Source of the DNA: Nitrosopumilus maritimus SCM1
GTDB lineage: Archaea > Thermoproteota > Nitrososphaeria > Nitrososphaerales > Nitrosopumilaceae
Direction of reading: 5' to 3'
DNA: 32,000 nucleotides
NCBI RefSeq assembly: GCF_000018465.1
Contig: NC_010085.1
Span: 660,001 to 692,000 of the forward strand
Shown: one piece after another, positions 31,551-32,000 of the stretch
Numbering within the stretch: the stretch's first letter is position 1
Layout: each line of letters starts with the position of its first letter
Program-made: the position numbers and the translations under genes
The notes under the pieces: model-generated
Told to the model about the DNA's origin: nothing
Database searches by the model: none
Seen by the model: only the letters and a program-made list of their open reading frames with translations

Positions 31551-31670
31551 ATGGCAGGTGTAATACTACTAACTGCTATGGCTATTGGAGGAATCAGTCT
31601 TTGGTTTAAACGACGAAGAGAGAGAAAAGAGTTTGAGGAATCTTTCAAAAATGATGAGCCTTCTATCTAG
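31551..31670 (+). CDS. possible 39-aa single-TM miniprotein
   Basis: MAGVILLTAMAIGGISLWFKRRRERKEFEESFKNDEPSI has one TM helix followed by a basic stop-transfer cluster. It is short, so the call is weak. Confidence 0.3.
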   Translation: MAGVILLTAMAIGGISLWFKRRRERKEFEESFKNDEPSI

Positions 31671-31727
31671 TGCTAAGAACGTCATTTCATCTAATACATA
31701 AAATACTCTGTATTGTAATGTTCTTTA

Positions 31728-32000
31728 TTGAAACTAATCATTGGAATTACTGGTAGCACTGGAGTAATCTATGGAATCCGAATGCTTGAGACTCTGAAAA
31801 AACTAAACATCGATACTCATTTGATAATGTCAGAGTGGGGAGCAAAATGTATTCCAATGGAAACTGAATTTACGGTTGATTATGTAAAATCTCTTGCAAC
31901 CGAAGTCTCTGATGAAAAAAACATGGCTGCTAGTATTTCGAGTGGTACACATAGAATTGATGGGATGATTGTTGCGCCCTGTAGTATGAAGACATTAGCT
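31728..32000 (+). CDS. ubiX: UbiX-family flavin prenyltransferase (3' end beyond window)
   Basis: Translation from TTG 31728 gives 'KLIIGITGSTGVIYGIRMLETL...HLIMSEWG...AASISSGTHRIDGMIVAPCSMKTLA'. This carries the GITGASG, ASGS and PCSM.TLA signatures of UbiX/Pad1. The ORF runs in frame to the window edge. Confidence 0.88.
   Translation, partial: MKLIIGITGSTGVIYGIRMLETLKKLNIDTHLIMSEWGAKCIPMETEFTVDYVKSLATEVSDEKNMAASISSGTHRIDGMIVAPCSMKTLA

Noticed and set aside
1-32000. CRISPR arrays, tRNA/rRNA genes, transposases/integrases, prophage boundaries
   Set aside because: I scanned by eye for regularly spaced direct repeats, T-loop/acceptor patterns and recombinase motifs in the ORF set and recognised none. 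A tRNAscan, Infernal and IS search would be the proper check.

Overview
This is an AT-rich, very gene-dense archaeal chromosomal segment. Hand counts on sampled 60-nt stretches gave 22-47% G+C. The gene content includes archaeal EF-2, PurP, Lrp/AsnC, Fe/Mn SOD, futalosine-type menaquinone genes and UbiX. There are also many small Zn-ribbon/C2H2 proteins and winged-helix regulators. Together with the composition, this fits a marine ammonia-oxidising thaumarchaeon (Nitrosopumilales-like); that is inference, not a database result. I support about 50 CDS, and five of them are below the ORF-track cutoff and were found by reading intergenic DNA: 5703-5846, 11322-11495, 23322-23498, 23556-23654 and 31551-31670. 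I saw no rRNA, tRNA, CRISPR array, transposase, integrase or obvious prophage. I cannot point to a convincing multi-gene novel system. The best leads are listed here. (1) A GC-rich, heavily base-paired element at 30174-30302 that looks like an unannotated structured RNA. (2) A 493-aa protein with a duplicated N-terminal module (exact 24-nt DNA repeat), a periodic coiled coil and an H1-like Lys tail. (3) A small-gene islet at 22.4-25.1 kb holding a PIN-like (DUF5615-like) protein without its usual partner. (4) A secreted, internally duplicated protein with a Met/His-rich segment. (5) A strongly AT-shifted FAD-oxidase gene sitting behind an HD-GNAT fusion gene. All family names come from motif recognition by eye and need HMM or structure searches.
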